Source of the DNA: Pradoshia sp. D12
GTDB lineage: Bacteria > Bacillota > Bacilli > Bacillales > Pradoshiaceae
NCBI RefSeq assembly: GCF_008935075.1
Contig: NZ_CP044545.1
Location: forward strand, 2,769,587 to 2,793,586
Reading direction: 5' to 3'
DNA length: 24,000 nucleotides
Made by a program: the position numbers and the translations under genes. This document shows positions 9,568 through 17,953 of this stretch, one piece after another. Numbering within the stretch: the first letter of the stretch is position 1; every line of letters starts with the position of its first letter. The notes beneath the pieces were generated by a model. It was given only the letters and a program-made list of their open reading frames with translations, had not been told where the DNA came from and did no database searches.

Positions 9568-9771
9568 CTATTGAAATAAAAACACGGATTTAATTCGATC
9601 AATCAACTGACCTACCACCTGTGCCACATTAAATAAGATATAAATAAAACTCACCAATATGACCCATTGTGAATATTCCTTCTTGCCCACCTGATCAAGA
9701 ATCGTATGAATGAACGCAACAATCAGCCCGACCCCTGCAATTTTAAAAATAATATCGATATCAATCCCCAT
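9568..9771 (-). CDS. spoIIIAC: Stage III sporulation protein AC
   Basis: 67-aa protein with two TM helices. Operon position supports the call. Confidence 0.88.
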   Translation of the reverse strand: MGIDIDIIFKIAGVGLIVAFIHTILDQVGKKEYSQWVILVSFIYILFNVAQVVGQLIDRIKSVFLFQ

Positions 9772-9792
9772 AACCCACTATCCTCCCTCTCG

Positions 9793-10308
9793 CTACATCA
9801 TTAAAATGGCAATGAGCAGACCTGCAAAAAAACCTAGACTTCTGGCCATTTTGTCGTATTTCACCTGCTTATCAACGGCATCTGCTTCCTCCCTCTCGAG
9901 ATGAACCAATGCCAACTGAATTTGTTTTTGCTGGCTCTCCCGATCATGTCTACCTAATGTTTCTCCGAATTGGAGAAGGATATCTATTTCTTTTTGCTGT
10001 AGTTCTGATTGTTTTCTTACCACTTCAAGACTTTCACCCCATGCTGCCGACACAGATTGATTGGCTGAGCCGAGCCTGCCTGCAAAGTCCGTAAAAAGAA
10101 TCGAAACTGGAGCAGGAATTTGTTTCGCCAGTGTTAATACCGCTTCTTTTAAGGGAGAATGCCCATACATAATTTCAGCTTCCAAAATTTGAAGTGCCGC
10201 TCGTAAATCACGGATATGTTTAGGTCTGGTGATTAATTTTTTAGAAACTTCAAAGCCGATAAGGGATGTAGCTATAACAATTAAAACTGCACCTAAAATT
10301 TTAATCAT
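9793..10308 (-). CDS. spoIIIAB: Stage III sporulation protein AB
   Basis: 171 aa, the same length as B. subtilis SpoIIIAB. It has an N-terminal TM helix, a helical cytoplasmic domain and a C-terminal TM helix. A 4-nt ATGA overlap links it to spoIIIAA. Confidence 0.85.
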   Translation of the reverse strand: MIKILGAVLIVIATSLIGFEVSKKLITRPKHIRDLRAALQILEAEIMYGHSPLKEAVLTLAKQIPAPVSILFTDFAGRLGSANQSVSAAWGESLEVVRKQSELQQKEIDILLQFGETLGRHDRESQQKQIQLALVHLEREEADAVDKQVKYDKMARSLGFFAGLLIAILMM

Positions 10309-11228
10309 ATTCTCACTCTTTCCCCATCAAATAGCACCTTGCCTGTACGATCTTTTATTTTTGATATACATCCTGGCCGATCTATTCTCTTGAGTTCCAC
10401 AATTCTCTCAAAATTAGCTTCCTGTACGATGTTTTTCATGATGGGTCTGGCTAATATATCATCAAGCGAATGTCCATGCGCCGTTATAAAGAGCGTTATA
10501 CCAGCGTTTACGGCTTCCATCATCGCCTCAGCATCTTCTATTCTTCCGATTTCATCGGCCGCAATGATTTCCGGGCTCATAGATCTAATCATCATCATCA
10601 TTCCTTCAGCCTTTGGGCAGCCATCAAGCACATCTACTCTGATACCGAAATCCATTTGTGGAACTCCTTGAACACATCCAGCAATTTCAGATCGCTCATC
10701 TACAATCCCCACTTTCATCGCACGGATCGGATAGGAGCGATCTCCACTGGAAGCATAGCGGGCTAGATCTCTTAAAAATGTTGTTTTCCCCGTTTGCGGC
10801 GGTCCGATAATCAGAGTCGATAGCCAACGATTATGATATAAATACCGAACCCATTCATTTACCAACCCCTTCTTTTGTCTGGCAATCCGGATATTAAAAA
10901 AAGTGATATCTCTAAGTCCCTTCACTCTTCCATTTTCCAGAATAACTCTCCCTGCCAAACCAATACGATGTCCTCCCTGAACGGTTATATAACCGCGTTT
11001 TAACTCTTCCTCGAGCATATAAAAGGAAAACTGGCTGACTTTATTAAGAAATAAATCTGCATCCTCCCGTAATACAGGCTTATGCCCATACGAGATTCGA
11101 TTTCCGAACATGACTTCAAGCGGTCTTCCAACTCTAATTCTTATTTCTTCAATATCCCCCGGGTTTTTGGCTATTTCTTTTAGCTCTGCGCCAATAGCCG
11201 GAGGTAATAATTCAATGATTGAATCCAT
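10305..11228 (-). CDS. spoIIIAA: Stage III sporulation protein AA (secretion-type AAA+ ATPase)
   Basis: 307 aa, the same length as B. subtilis SpoIIIAA. Walker A is GPPQTGKTT and a Walker B-like IIAADEIG is present. It is the first gene of the cluster. Confidence 0.92.
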   Translation of the reverse strand: MDSIIELLPPAIGAELKEIAKNPGDIEEIRIRVGRPLEVMFGNRISYGHKPVLREDADLFLNKVSQFSFYMLEEELKRGYITVQGGHRIGLAGRVILENGRVKGLRDITFFNIRIARQKKGLVNEWVRYLYHNRWLSTLIIGPPQTGKTTFLRDLARYASSGDRSYPIRAMKVGIVDERSEIAGCVQGVPQMDFGIRVDVLDGCPKAEGMMMMIRSMSPEIIAADEIGRIEDAEAMMEAVNAGITLFITAHGHSLDDILARPIMKNIVQEANFERIVELKRIDRPGCISKIKDRTGKVLFDGERVRI

Positions 11229-11260
11229 ATCTCTCCCTCGCCTGGTCTGTCATTATTTAA

Positions 11261-11289
11261 AATGTATTCATGGACAGGCCGTTTATGAC
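11261..11289 (-). promoter_or_regulatory. Candidate sigma-E promoter of the spoIIIA operon
   Basis: The minus strand reads TCATAAA-N13-AATACATT, against the consensus kmATATT-N13-15-CATACAmT. The -10 element ends about 33 nt upstream of the spoIIIAA ATG. spoIIIA is sigma-E dependent in B. subtilis. Confidence 0.45.
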
Positions 11290-11460
11290 TTTTTTAGAAA
11301 CAAACGCGCGGTTAAATGACTATAACCGTAAAATAAAAATCTCTTTAGATTCGGAAAAAGGTATAGAGATAGAAGAATCCAGTAAATTAATTGGAATGGC
11401 GGAACTAAGGAAAGGTGGAATTGGATGACGGGGTTGTTCACTATATATTTTGGCTTAAAC

Positions 11461-11490
11461 AAAAAACTCCCGGGAATTTATTCCCGGGAG
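11461..11490 (-). terminator. Rho-independent terminator after efp
   Basis: A perfect 10-bp stem pairs CTCCCGGGAA (11467-11476) with TTCCCGGGAG (11481-11490) around a 4-nt loop. On the minus strand a U6 tract follows (A6 at 11461-11466 on plus). Confidence 0.88.
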
Positions 11491-11506
11491 TCTTTACACC
11501 TATTTA

Positions 11507-12064
11507 TTAACCTCTTGATACATAAGATGCATCAGAAGTATTGATGATCAGTTTGTCACCTTCATTTACAAAGAAAGGAACTTGAACAGTAAGACCAGTT
11601 TCAACAGTAGCTGGTTTCGTACCGCCTGATGCTGTATCACCTTTGATACCTGGTTCTGTTTCAGTTACTACCAATGTAACAGTTGTTGGAAGCTGAACGC
11701 CAAGTGTTTCCGTTTGGAACATCATGATAGACACTTCCATGTTTTCTTTCAAGAATTTCAATTCATATTCGATTTGCTTAGATGACAATTCGATTTGATC
11801 ATATGTTTCGTTATCCATAAACACATGATTATCTCCACTTGCATATAAGTATTGCATTTTACGGTTTTCGATATGTGCTTTAGCAACTTTTTCACCAGCA
11901 CGGAAAGTTTTCTCCTGGATAGCACCTGTACGAAGATTACGTAATTTAGAACGTACAAACGCAGCTCCTTTACCAGGTTTTACGTGTTGGAATTCAATTA
12001 CTTGCCAGATACCGCCATCCACTTCAATTGTTAAACCAGTTTTAAAATCATTAACAGAAATCAT
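11507..12064 (-). CDS. efp: Translation elongation factor P
   Basis: 185 aa starting [47 protein letters not shown], an unmistakable EF-P N-terminus. Confidence 0.97.
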   Translation of the reverse strand: MISVNDFKTGLTIEVDGGIWQVIEFQHVKPGKGAAFVRSKLRNLRTGAIQEKTFRAGEKVAKAHIENRKMQYLYASGDNHVFMDNETYDQIELSSKQIEYELKFLKENMEVSIMMFQTETLGVQLPTTVTLVVTETEPGIKGDTASGGTKPATVETGLTVQVPFFVNEGDKLIINTSDASYVSRG

Positions 12065-12085
12065 ACAATATAGCCTCCTACAGCC

Positions 12086-13147
12086 TTATAAAATAAGTAA
12101 ATCTTTCGTTGAATGAGTAAAGGTTTCGTTAGAATCATCCGTAATAAGGAGATCATCTTCAATTCTTACTCCTCCAACTCCAGGTAAATAAATACCAGGT
12201 TCACAAGTGACAGTCATGCCTTTTTCCAAAATAATATCAGATTTAGCAGAAAGTCCAGGACCTTCGTGCACTTCAAGCCCAATCCCATGTCCAAGGGAAT
12301 GACCGAAGTATTCCCCATATCCTTTGGCAGCTATGATATCTCTTGCAAGAGCATCTGCTTCGCGACCTGTCATACCCGGTTTAATATGCTCCATTGCATA
12401 CAACTGAGCTTCCAGGGTAACATCATAGATTTTCTTTAATTCATCAGTTGGGTTACCGACCGCCACTGTACGTGTAATATCAGATATATACCCATTATAA
12501 AGGGCACCGTAATCCATTGTGACAAAATCGCCTTTTTCTATTACTTTTTCTGTTGCAACACCGTGCGGCAATGCAGAACGTGCACCAGAAGCGACAATGA
12601 TATCAAATGATGATGAAGTAGCCCCTGCTTTACGCATAAAGAATTCTAATTCATTTGATACTTCTATTTCAGTTAAACCTGGACGAATATACTCAATAAT
12701 ATGTTTAAATGCAGCATCTGCTATGTCTGCTGCTTCCTTTAATATCTTAATCTCTTGCGGTGTCTTAATCAAGCGCAATTTTTCAACAACATTGGAAACA
12801 GGAACAAGTTCACCTTCCACAACTTTTTCATATAACTTATAGGTAGCATAAGTAAGGTCATCCTGTTCAAACCCGATTTTTTTTGCATTCATTTCCTTCA
12901 ATTGAGCCGCTATCTCATCTTGAATTGGTCCGCTATGTTTGACAATCTCAAATCCAACTGCCTGTTTACCCGCTTGCTCCACGTATCTAAAATCTGTAAT
13001 AAATTTTGCATCCTTCTGGGAAATTACGACTACTCCCGCTGTTCCAGTAAAGTTAGAAATATATCTGCGGTTATATGGGTTTGTAATAATGATAGCATCA
13101 ATATGTTCCTGACTTAATCTTTCACGCAATCTCTGAATTTTTTCCAT
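12086..13147 (-). CDS. yqhT: Xaa-Pro aminopeptidase/dipeptidase, M24B family (YqhT equivalent)
   Basis: 353 aa. The creatinase-like N-domain is followed by an M24 pita-bread domain with metal-ligand motifs (DYGALYNGYISDITRT, HSLGHGIGLEVHE, EPGIY...GGVRIED). It lies next to efp as in B. subtilis. Confidence 0.9.
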   Translation of the reverse strand: MEKIQRLRERLSQEHIDAIIITNPYNRRYISNFTGTAGVVVISQKDAKFITDFRYVEQAGKQAVGFEIVKHSGPIQDEIAAQLKEMNAKKIGFEQDDLTYATYKLYEKVVEGELVPVSNVVEKLRLIKTPQEIKILKEAADIADAAFKHIIEYIRPGLTEIEVSNELEFFMRKAGATSSSFDIIVASGARSALPHGVATEKVIEKGDFVTMDYGALYNGYISDITRTVAVGNPTDELKKIYDVTLEAQLYAMEHIKPGMTGREADALARDIIAAKGYGEYFGHSLGHGIGLEVHEGPGLSAKSDIILEKGMTVTCEPGIYLPGVGGVRIEDDLLITDDSNETFTHSTKDLLIL

Positions 13148-13169
13148 TGAATAGACCTCTCCCTCATGA

Positions 13170-13604
13170 TTAAGTAGTCAATAAAGCACGTAACGCCAAT
13201 TCATAGCCATTCAACCCAAGCCCTACAATTTGACCCTTCGTGACAGGGGCAGTGACAGATTGATGACGAAAAGGTTCTCTGGCATGGACATTTGAAATAT
13301 GTACTTCTATTACCGGAACTGAAATAGAGGCGATCGCATCCCGTATCGCATAGCTGTAGTGCGTAAATGCCCCTGGGTTTAAGATAATCCCTGAAGCCGA
13401 GTTTGTTTCCGCCTCATATAGCCTATCTATTATCGCTCCTTCGTAATTGGATTGAAAACACACCAATTGCGCCCCGAGTTTTATAGACTGAGTCGCTAAC
13501 GACTCTTCAAGATCTGCAAGAGTCGTTCTTCCATAAATCTCGGGCTCTCGAAACCCCAGATAATTTAGATTTGGTCCGTTGATTAAATAAATTTTTTTAT
13601 CCAT
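13170..13604 (-). CDS. aroQ: Type II 3-dehydroquinate dehydratase
   Basis: 144 aa. Contains [36 protein letters not shown] and [14 protein letters not shown], which are hallmark type II DHQase motifs. Confidence 0.93.
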   Translation of the reverse strand: MDKKIYLINGPNLNYLGFREPEIYGRTTLADLEESLATQSIKLGAQLVCFQSNYEGAIIDRLYEAETNSASGIILNPGAFTHYSYAIRDAIASISVPVIEVHISNVHAREPFRHQSVTAPVTKGQIVGLGLNGYELALRALLTT

Positions 13605-13672
13605 AACCAGGCTCCCGTGTTTTAAAGTGATACTTTCAATTTTAACACAAGAGTGAAAAATTCGACTACCTA

Positions 13673-14185
13673 TTACTGGACGGAATCCACTTTTACTTTC
13701 TTTCCTTCCTCTGCCTCTAGTTTCCGTTCATGATATTCAAAACTAATGGAGTACCCGACAAATAGTCCGTACAAGACAAAGATACATAGTGTCGTTACAA
13801 TGGTATCCGCTGATAGTTCCCCAACCGTTTTCATTCCTGGAAATAATGGCCTTAATACAAGGAATGAAAGACCCCACAGAGCAATCCCATAAACAATACC
13901 AATCCAATAAGATTGCATCTTACGAAAAATAAAGGAGTAAACATAAGCAAAGAGCATAGAAATAAGACACAGGCATAAAATTGACAGTACCACGCCCATC
14001 CACCCTTTAACAAAATCGGCTTTCACCCATGTGCGAAGAAGAAATGTTGGACCTATTTCCGTAAAATGAAAATAGTGACAGATTTGAAAAATCGCACCCC
14101 AAAGCAATCCTCCATAAAATCCAACTGAATTAATTACACCATAATAGCCCATCGGCTTTTTCAGCTTTTCTTTTGCTGTTTCCAT
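13673..14185 (-). CDS. yqhR: YqhR-family integral membrane protein
   Basis: A protein with several hydrophobic segments in the syntenic yqhR position. I chose the ATG at 14185, which has GAGGTG 7 nt upstream, over the track's TTG at 14191. Confidence 0.7.
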   Translation of the reverse strand: METAKEKLKKPMGYYGVINSVGFYGGLLWGAIFQICHYFHFTEIGPTFLLRTWVKADFVKGWMGVVLSILCLCLISMLFAYVYSFIFRKMQSYWIGIVYGIALWGLSFLVLRPLFPGMKTVGELSADTIVTTLCIFVLYGLFVGYSISFEYHERKLEAEEGKKVKVDSVQ

Positions 14186-14314
14186 ATCCAATCACCTCAC
14201 AACTGCTAGTATGTGCGAAATAGACAAAGTTCATAAGAGAAATGGAAACAATCACTAGTGAAATAGAGAAAAATTCTGTAGAATAGATAATATAGACAAC
14301 TTAACCATTATGGA

Positions 14315-15265
14315 GTGATGAATAAATTGGATAATAAGCCAATCTACGGCGGACAGGCTGTATTAGAAGGTGTAATGTTTGGAGGCAAACATTGTACCGT
14401 TACAACCATTAAACGAAAAGATGGATCATTCGATTCCTATGCATTGCCAAAAACAAGCCATCCCCTGCTGATAAAATTAAAAAAGATTCCGTTTCTGCGT
14501 GGTATTGTGGCTTTATTAGAATCCAGTGCAATCGGCTCCAAGCATTTATCTTTCTCTACAGATCGATATGACGTTGACCCAGCAGATGACCATAAGATTG
14601 AAGAAGAAGAAACGTCTAAACTGGGTATGATTTTGGGCGTAGCAGGCATTGGGATTTTATCCTTTATACTCAGTAAATTACTTTTTACCGTAGTACCAAT
14701 ATTTTTGGCTGTTATTTTTAAGAGCATAGCACCCGGAGAAACAGTACAAGTATTATTAGAAGGTTTTTTCAAACTCACATTATTATTACTATATATCTAT
14801 ATCGTATCGTTAACACCGCTCGTAAAAAGAGTCTTTCAATACCATGGGGCAGAACATAAGGTTATCAACGCATTTGAAAGCAATAAGGAATTAACGGTGG
14901 AAAATGTTCGTAACGCATCTAGATTGCATTATCGATGCGGAAGCAGCTTTATTTTATTCACCGTATTTGTTGGAGTTTTTCTATATATGTTCGTTCCTTC
15001 TGATGTCCTTTATATTCGTATTTTAAACCGAATTGCCTTAATACCAATTGTCCTAGGTGTATCATTCGAAGTACTGCAGTTAACCAATAAAGTACGTAAC
15101 GTTCCTGTATTGCGCTTTTTAGGTTATCCGGGACTATGGTTGCAGCTTTTAACGACAAAGGAACCAAGCGATGAACAAATTGAGGTAGCCATCGTATCAT
15201 TTAACAAAATGCTCGAAACTGAAAATAACTACAAACAAGGTTTACTCGAAGAAAAAATAGTGTAA
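14315..15265 (+). CDS. yqhQ: DUF1385-family membrane protein (YqhQ equivalent)
   Basis: 316 aa. Has YGGQAVLEGVMFGG near the N-terminus and a YHGAEHKVI motif, with TM segments between and after them. It is divergent from yqhR as in B. subtilis. The exact start is uncertain: GTG 14315, ATG 14318 or TTG 14327. Confidence 0.8.
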   Translation: MMNKLDNKPIYGGQAVLEGVMFGGKHCTVTTIKRKDGSFDSYALPKTSHPLLIKLKKIPFLRGIVALLESSAIGSKHLSFSTDRYDVDPADDHKIEEEETSKLGMILGVAGIGILSFILSKLLFTVVPIFLAVIFKSIAPGETVQVLLEGFFKLTLLLLYIYIVSLTPLVKRVFQYHGAEHKVINAFESNKELTVENVRNASRLHYRCGSSFILFTVFVGVFLYMFVPSDVLYIRILNRIALIPIVLGVSFEVLQLTNKVRNVPVLRFLGYPGLWLQLLTTKEPSDEQIEVAIVSFNKMLETENNYKQGLLEEKIV

Positions 15266-15351
15266 AGAATAATAAAAGAAAAATAATTTCCTTGCTTATT
15301 GTTTATTTTTTCCTAAATATGCCAATGATGCTCTTAAAGGAGGTGCTTTCT

Positions 15352-15744
15352 GTGAATCGTAAGAATTCGATGATTATTATTTATATCCTTCTTGGTTTCG
15401 CAGCTTTGGGGTTAATTTCCACTTTGATAAATAACCCGTTCGAACTAATTAAAAACGTACTCATTGGAGCCGCTGTTGTTGGGTTGATTTATTTTGTTAT
15501 TACACGATTCAGGAATGGTAACTCGGGTGGAGAGTATCAGGCATACAGGAAAGCAGCCCGAAAAACAATCAAGAAGAAACGTAAACATGAAATGATTAAA
15601 ACAAAAAGAAGCAAACATAATACACATGGATTAACTGTCATTTCTAAAGAACAGCTGATTAACAGACCTAAGAAAAAGTCAGATGTCAAACTGACTGTCA
15701 TAGAAGGAAAGAAAGCACGTAAAAAAAACCGGGCCCTTTTTTAA
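15352..15744 (+). CDS. yqhP: Small membrane protein with a Lys/Arg-rich tail (YqhP equivalent)
   Basis: The start is set at GTG 15352, with AAAGGAGGTG (15337-15346) ending 5 nt upstream. This gives 130 aa with two TM helices and a basic C-terminus. It lies in the syntenic position after yqhQ. The track's upstream extension to 15292 lacks an RBS. Confidence 0.7.
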   Translation: MNRKNSMIIIYILLGFAALGLISTLINNPFELIKNVLIGAAVVGLIYFVITRFRNGNSGGEYQAYRKAARKTIKKKRKHEMIKTKRSKHNTHGLTVISKEQLINRPKKKSDVKLTVIEGKKARKKNRALF

Positions 15745-15769
15745 AGAGTTCGGTTTTTTACGTGCTTTC
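15711..15769. terminator. Long imperfect inverted repeat between the convergent yqhP gene and the last island gene; putative bidirectional terminator
   Basis: GAAAGCACGTAAAAAAAACCG (15711-15731) pairs with CGGTTTTTTACGTGCTTTC (15751-15769), giving about 19 bp with a 2-nt bulge. The left arm overlaps the yqhP 3' end. On the minus strand a T-rich stretch follows; on the plus strand no clean U-tract does. Confidence 0.45.
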
Positions 15770-15901
15770 GTTAAAGAACAATATGATTGATACTTTAATC
15801 CTTATTTCACCTAACGGGTAAAATTAGAATAATAAGCTAGGGTGATTATAATAAAGGATAATCCATAAGTTATAGATTAAAAGTTTAACTGATAAATTGA
15901 C

Positions 15902-16510
15902 TTATTTAAATTCTCCACGATACAACCATGGAAAAAGGCCATCTAAAAATCGTTCAGTTGCCGGCATAAAATAGGAACCATAATGATAGTCAGGATCAAG
16001 AGTCGTAATAATCCAAGTGCCCTTAGTTGATTGTTCATCTATATACAGTACAGATCCGCCATCATCCGTAGCTATAAGTGTGGTAGCATGCTCTGGTGGC
16101 CAAAATACTCCGTGTTGATGCCATGTTGAATCCTCAAGCGTAATATACTTAAAAAATTCATGGTCATCATTTTTAGTTACTAACCCACTATTTGCATTTT
16201 CTTCAAGCCACCACCAAAAATTCGTCTCGCGTTCTTCCCATTTTTGATTAGGGAGCCATTCCCATGGCTGTGGACCCATAGCCACAATAATACCGCCCTG
16301 ATCAGCAAACTCATAGAACTTCTCTTTATTATCAAGCAGTATTTGACCATTTAATTGAGAAGGAACAATCAACACATCAAATCCTGTTAAATCAAAATCT
16401 TTCAATTCAAGCTGATAAATAAGAGAGTCTATGAATTGCGCATACTTTGGCTCATGAAAAGTTCTATAATGCGGCGCATGCCCGCCATAAATCACAGCTA
16501 TTTTTCTCAT
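15902..16510 (-). CDS. Uncharacterised cytoplasmic protein, paralogue B of a two-gene pair; possibly ThuA-like / class-I glutamine-amidotransferase-like fold
   Basis: 202 aa with no signal peptide or TM segment. The ATG shares one nucleotide with the upstream stop (TAATG at 16512..16508), and AAGGAG lies upstream inside the preceding gene. By eye it is about 35-40 percent identical to the upstream gene in two blocks (VLIV...KEKFYEFADQGGIIV..G...EWLP and PPEHA...DGG..LYID..STKGTWI). The fold assignment is pattern recognition only. Confidence 0.7.
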   Translation of the reverse strand: MRKIAVIYGGHAPHYRTFHEPKYAQFIDSLIYQLELKDFDLTGFDVLIVPSQLNGQILLDNKEKFYEFADQGGIIVAMGPQPWEWLPNQKWEERETNFWWWLEENANSGLVTKNDDHEFFKYITLEDSTWHQHGVFWPPEHATTLIATDDGGSVLYIDEQSTKGTWIITTLDPDYHYGSYFMPATERFLDGLFPWLYRGEFK

Positions 16511-17127
16511 TATGCCTCAACTCCTTTGGTGCGTACTATTTCCTTCTTAAGAACCTCTATAAAATGAGGAGTTATTTGATTTGTTGTGTTTTTCCGCTGA
16601 CCATATCCTAATAAACTCCTGCCAGCATGAACAATAACTGTCCCATTCGTTGTTTCACGATCAATGTACGTAATGGCCTTACCATCTGTAAATGTTAGGC
16701 AAATCTCCGCATGTTTCGGTGGCAAATAAAAACCTCTTGCAAAGAAACCTGCAACACCCTTCGTATATACCATATCCTCTACTTTTACACCTTTAAAAAT
16801 CGGTGAATCCTCAGGAACCTCTACTAGGTAATCCTGATGGCCGCGAATCTTCTTCGGCATCATTGGCGTACAGCCTGGCAGCCATTCTCTGAATAAGTGG
16901 CCACAAAAGACAACAATCTTTCCTTCGTTTAAGAATTGCTCTATTTTTTCTTTATGTTTATACAAATACTCCTGATCTGCAAAATCCGTAATAACCAAAA
17001 CTTTGTATGGAGCCAATTCAATGTTTGCAAACTCATATTCCATTAATTTAGTATGTTGACCGGATGATAATTCTGTTTTATAACCAAATGCATGATTCGG
17101 ACATAGTTCCAGTATTTTAAGTTCCAT
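16510..17127 (-). CDS. Uncharacterised cytoplasmic protein, paralogue A of a two-gene pair; possibly ThuA-like / class-I glutamine-amidotransferase-like fold
   Basis: The start is set at ATG 17127 (MELKILELCPNH...), with AAGGAGGAG at complement 17131-17139. This gives 205 aa. The track's 12-codon upstream extension runs towards repeat unit 1, overlaps it by 13 nt (17151-17163), and has no RBS. Conserved blocks shared with the downstream gene are VLVI...KEKIEQFLNEGKIVVFCGHLFREWLP and PPKHA...DGK.ITYIDRETTNGTVI. Confidence 0.7.
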   Translation of the reverse strand: MELKILELCPNHAFGYKTELSSGQHTKLMEYEFANIELAPYKVLVITDFADQEYLYKHKEKIEQFLNEGKIVVFCGHLFREWLPGCTPMMPKKIRGHQDYLVEVPEDSPIFKGVKVEDMVYTKGVAGFFARGFYLPPKHAEICLTFTDGKAITYIDRETTNGTVIVHAGRSLLGYGQRKNTTNQITPHFIEVLKKEIVRTKGVEA

Positions 17128-17150
17128 TGTATCTCCTCCTTGTGTTGAGT

Positions 17151-17273
17151 AATCTAGCTTCAACTCCTAACTCCTCGAGTCATAAGTGTAGCCACTACAG
17201 GAGGAAAGATCACCTCCCTACGTGCCTCCTCTTATGCTTGTCGGAGCTGGGCAGTCGTTTCAGCTTTTTGCGC
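17151..17273 (+). repeat. Repeat unit 1 (basic form, about 120 bp)
   Basis: AATCTAGCTTCAACTCCTAACTCCTCGAGTCATAAG + central hairpins (TGTAG-CCA-CTACA and GGAGG...CCTCC) + CTTATGCTTGTCGGAGCTGGGCAGTCGTTTCAGCTTTTTG. It ends 11 nt from the RBS of paralogue A. Confidence 0.85.
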
Positions 17274-17520
17274 AATCTAGCTTCAACGGCTAGAAGCTCA
17301 GGACATAAGCATAGTCTCTGCGGAGGGCTACAGGACGTAGGTCACGAAGGCGTTGCCACACGATGTGGCGCTCTTAGCCTTTGTTCCTTAAAGCCTTCCC
17401 CTACGAGCCTCTGTCTTATGCTCTTCGCGGGCCTACAGGATGTAGGTCATGAAGACGTTGCCACACGACGTGGCGCATTTAGTCTTCGTTCCTTAAATCA
17501 GCCGTCTCAGCTTTTTATTT
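17274..17520 (+). repeat. Repeat unit 2 (basic unit carrying two copies of the ~65-nt B module)
   Basis: Positions 17274-17428 recur at 17769-17923 with 153/155 identity (mismatches at 17389 and 17393). Positions 17414-17518 recur at 17662-17766 with 105/105 identity. Confidence 0.9.
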
Positions 17521-17768
17521 AATCCAGCTTCAGGGCCTAGCCGCTCGAGGTCGTAAGAATAGCCACTACGGAGGCCAACACGATGTTGGTCACAAAGACG
17601 TTACCACAGGATGTGGTGTCTTTAGTCTTTGTTCCATCAAACACTCTCCCTGCGCACCTCCTCTTATGCTCTTCGCGGGCCTACAGGATGTAGGTCATGA
17701 AGACGTTGCCACACGACGTGGCGCATTTAGTCTTCGTTCCTTAAATCAGCCGTCTCAGCTTTTTATGT
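17521..17768 (+). repeat. Repeat unit 3 (diverged head and diverged B module, then an exact copy of the unit-2 tail)
   Basis: The head AATCCAGCTTCAGGGCCTAGCCGCTCGAGGTCGTAAG is diverged. The B module at about 17573-17637 has compensatory stem changes. Positions 17662-17766 are identical to 17414-17518. Confidence 0.88.
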
Positions 17769-17953
17769 AATCTAGCTTCAACGGCTAGAAGCTCAGGACA
17801 TAAGCATAGTCTCTGCGGAGGGCTACAGGACGTAGGTCACGAAGGCGTTGCCACACGATGTGGCGCTCTTAGCCTTTGTTCCTAAAAACCTTCCCCTACG
17901 AGCCTCTGTCTTATGCTCTTCGCTTCTGGGCAAGCCGTTTCAGCTTTTTATTC
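17769..17953 (+). repeat. Repeat unit 4 (near-exact copy of the first 155 bp of unit 2, plus a short tail)
   Basis: Positions 17769-17923 match 17274-17428 with 2 mismatches. The tail is TTCTGGGCAAGCCGTTTCAGCTTTTTATTC. Confidence 0.9.

Noticed and set aside
13613-13654. A hairpin that would sequester the aroQ RBS (CUCUUGUGUU pairing with AACACGGGAG on the minus-strand RNA)
   Set aside because: The stem needs two G-U pairs and a 22-nt loop. There is no U-tract and I have no evidence of conservation. Chance complementarity in a 68-bp spacer is plausible.
17127-17522. The plus-strand 131-aa ORF, and the 68-aa ORF at 17876-18082, inside the repeat array
   Set aside because: These frames are open only because of the GC-rich hairpin repeats. 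Their peptides repeat with the DNA units (…LQDVGHE.VATR.GA.SL.SL…). They have no RBS and run antisense to the surrounding operon.
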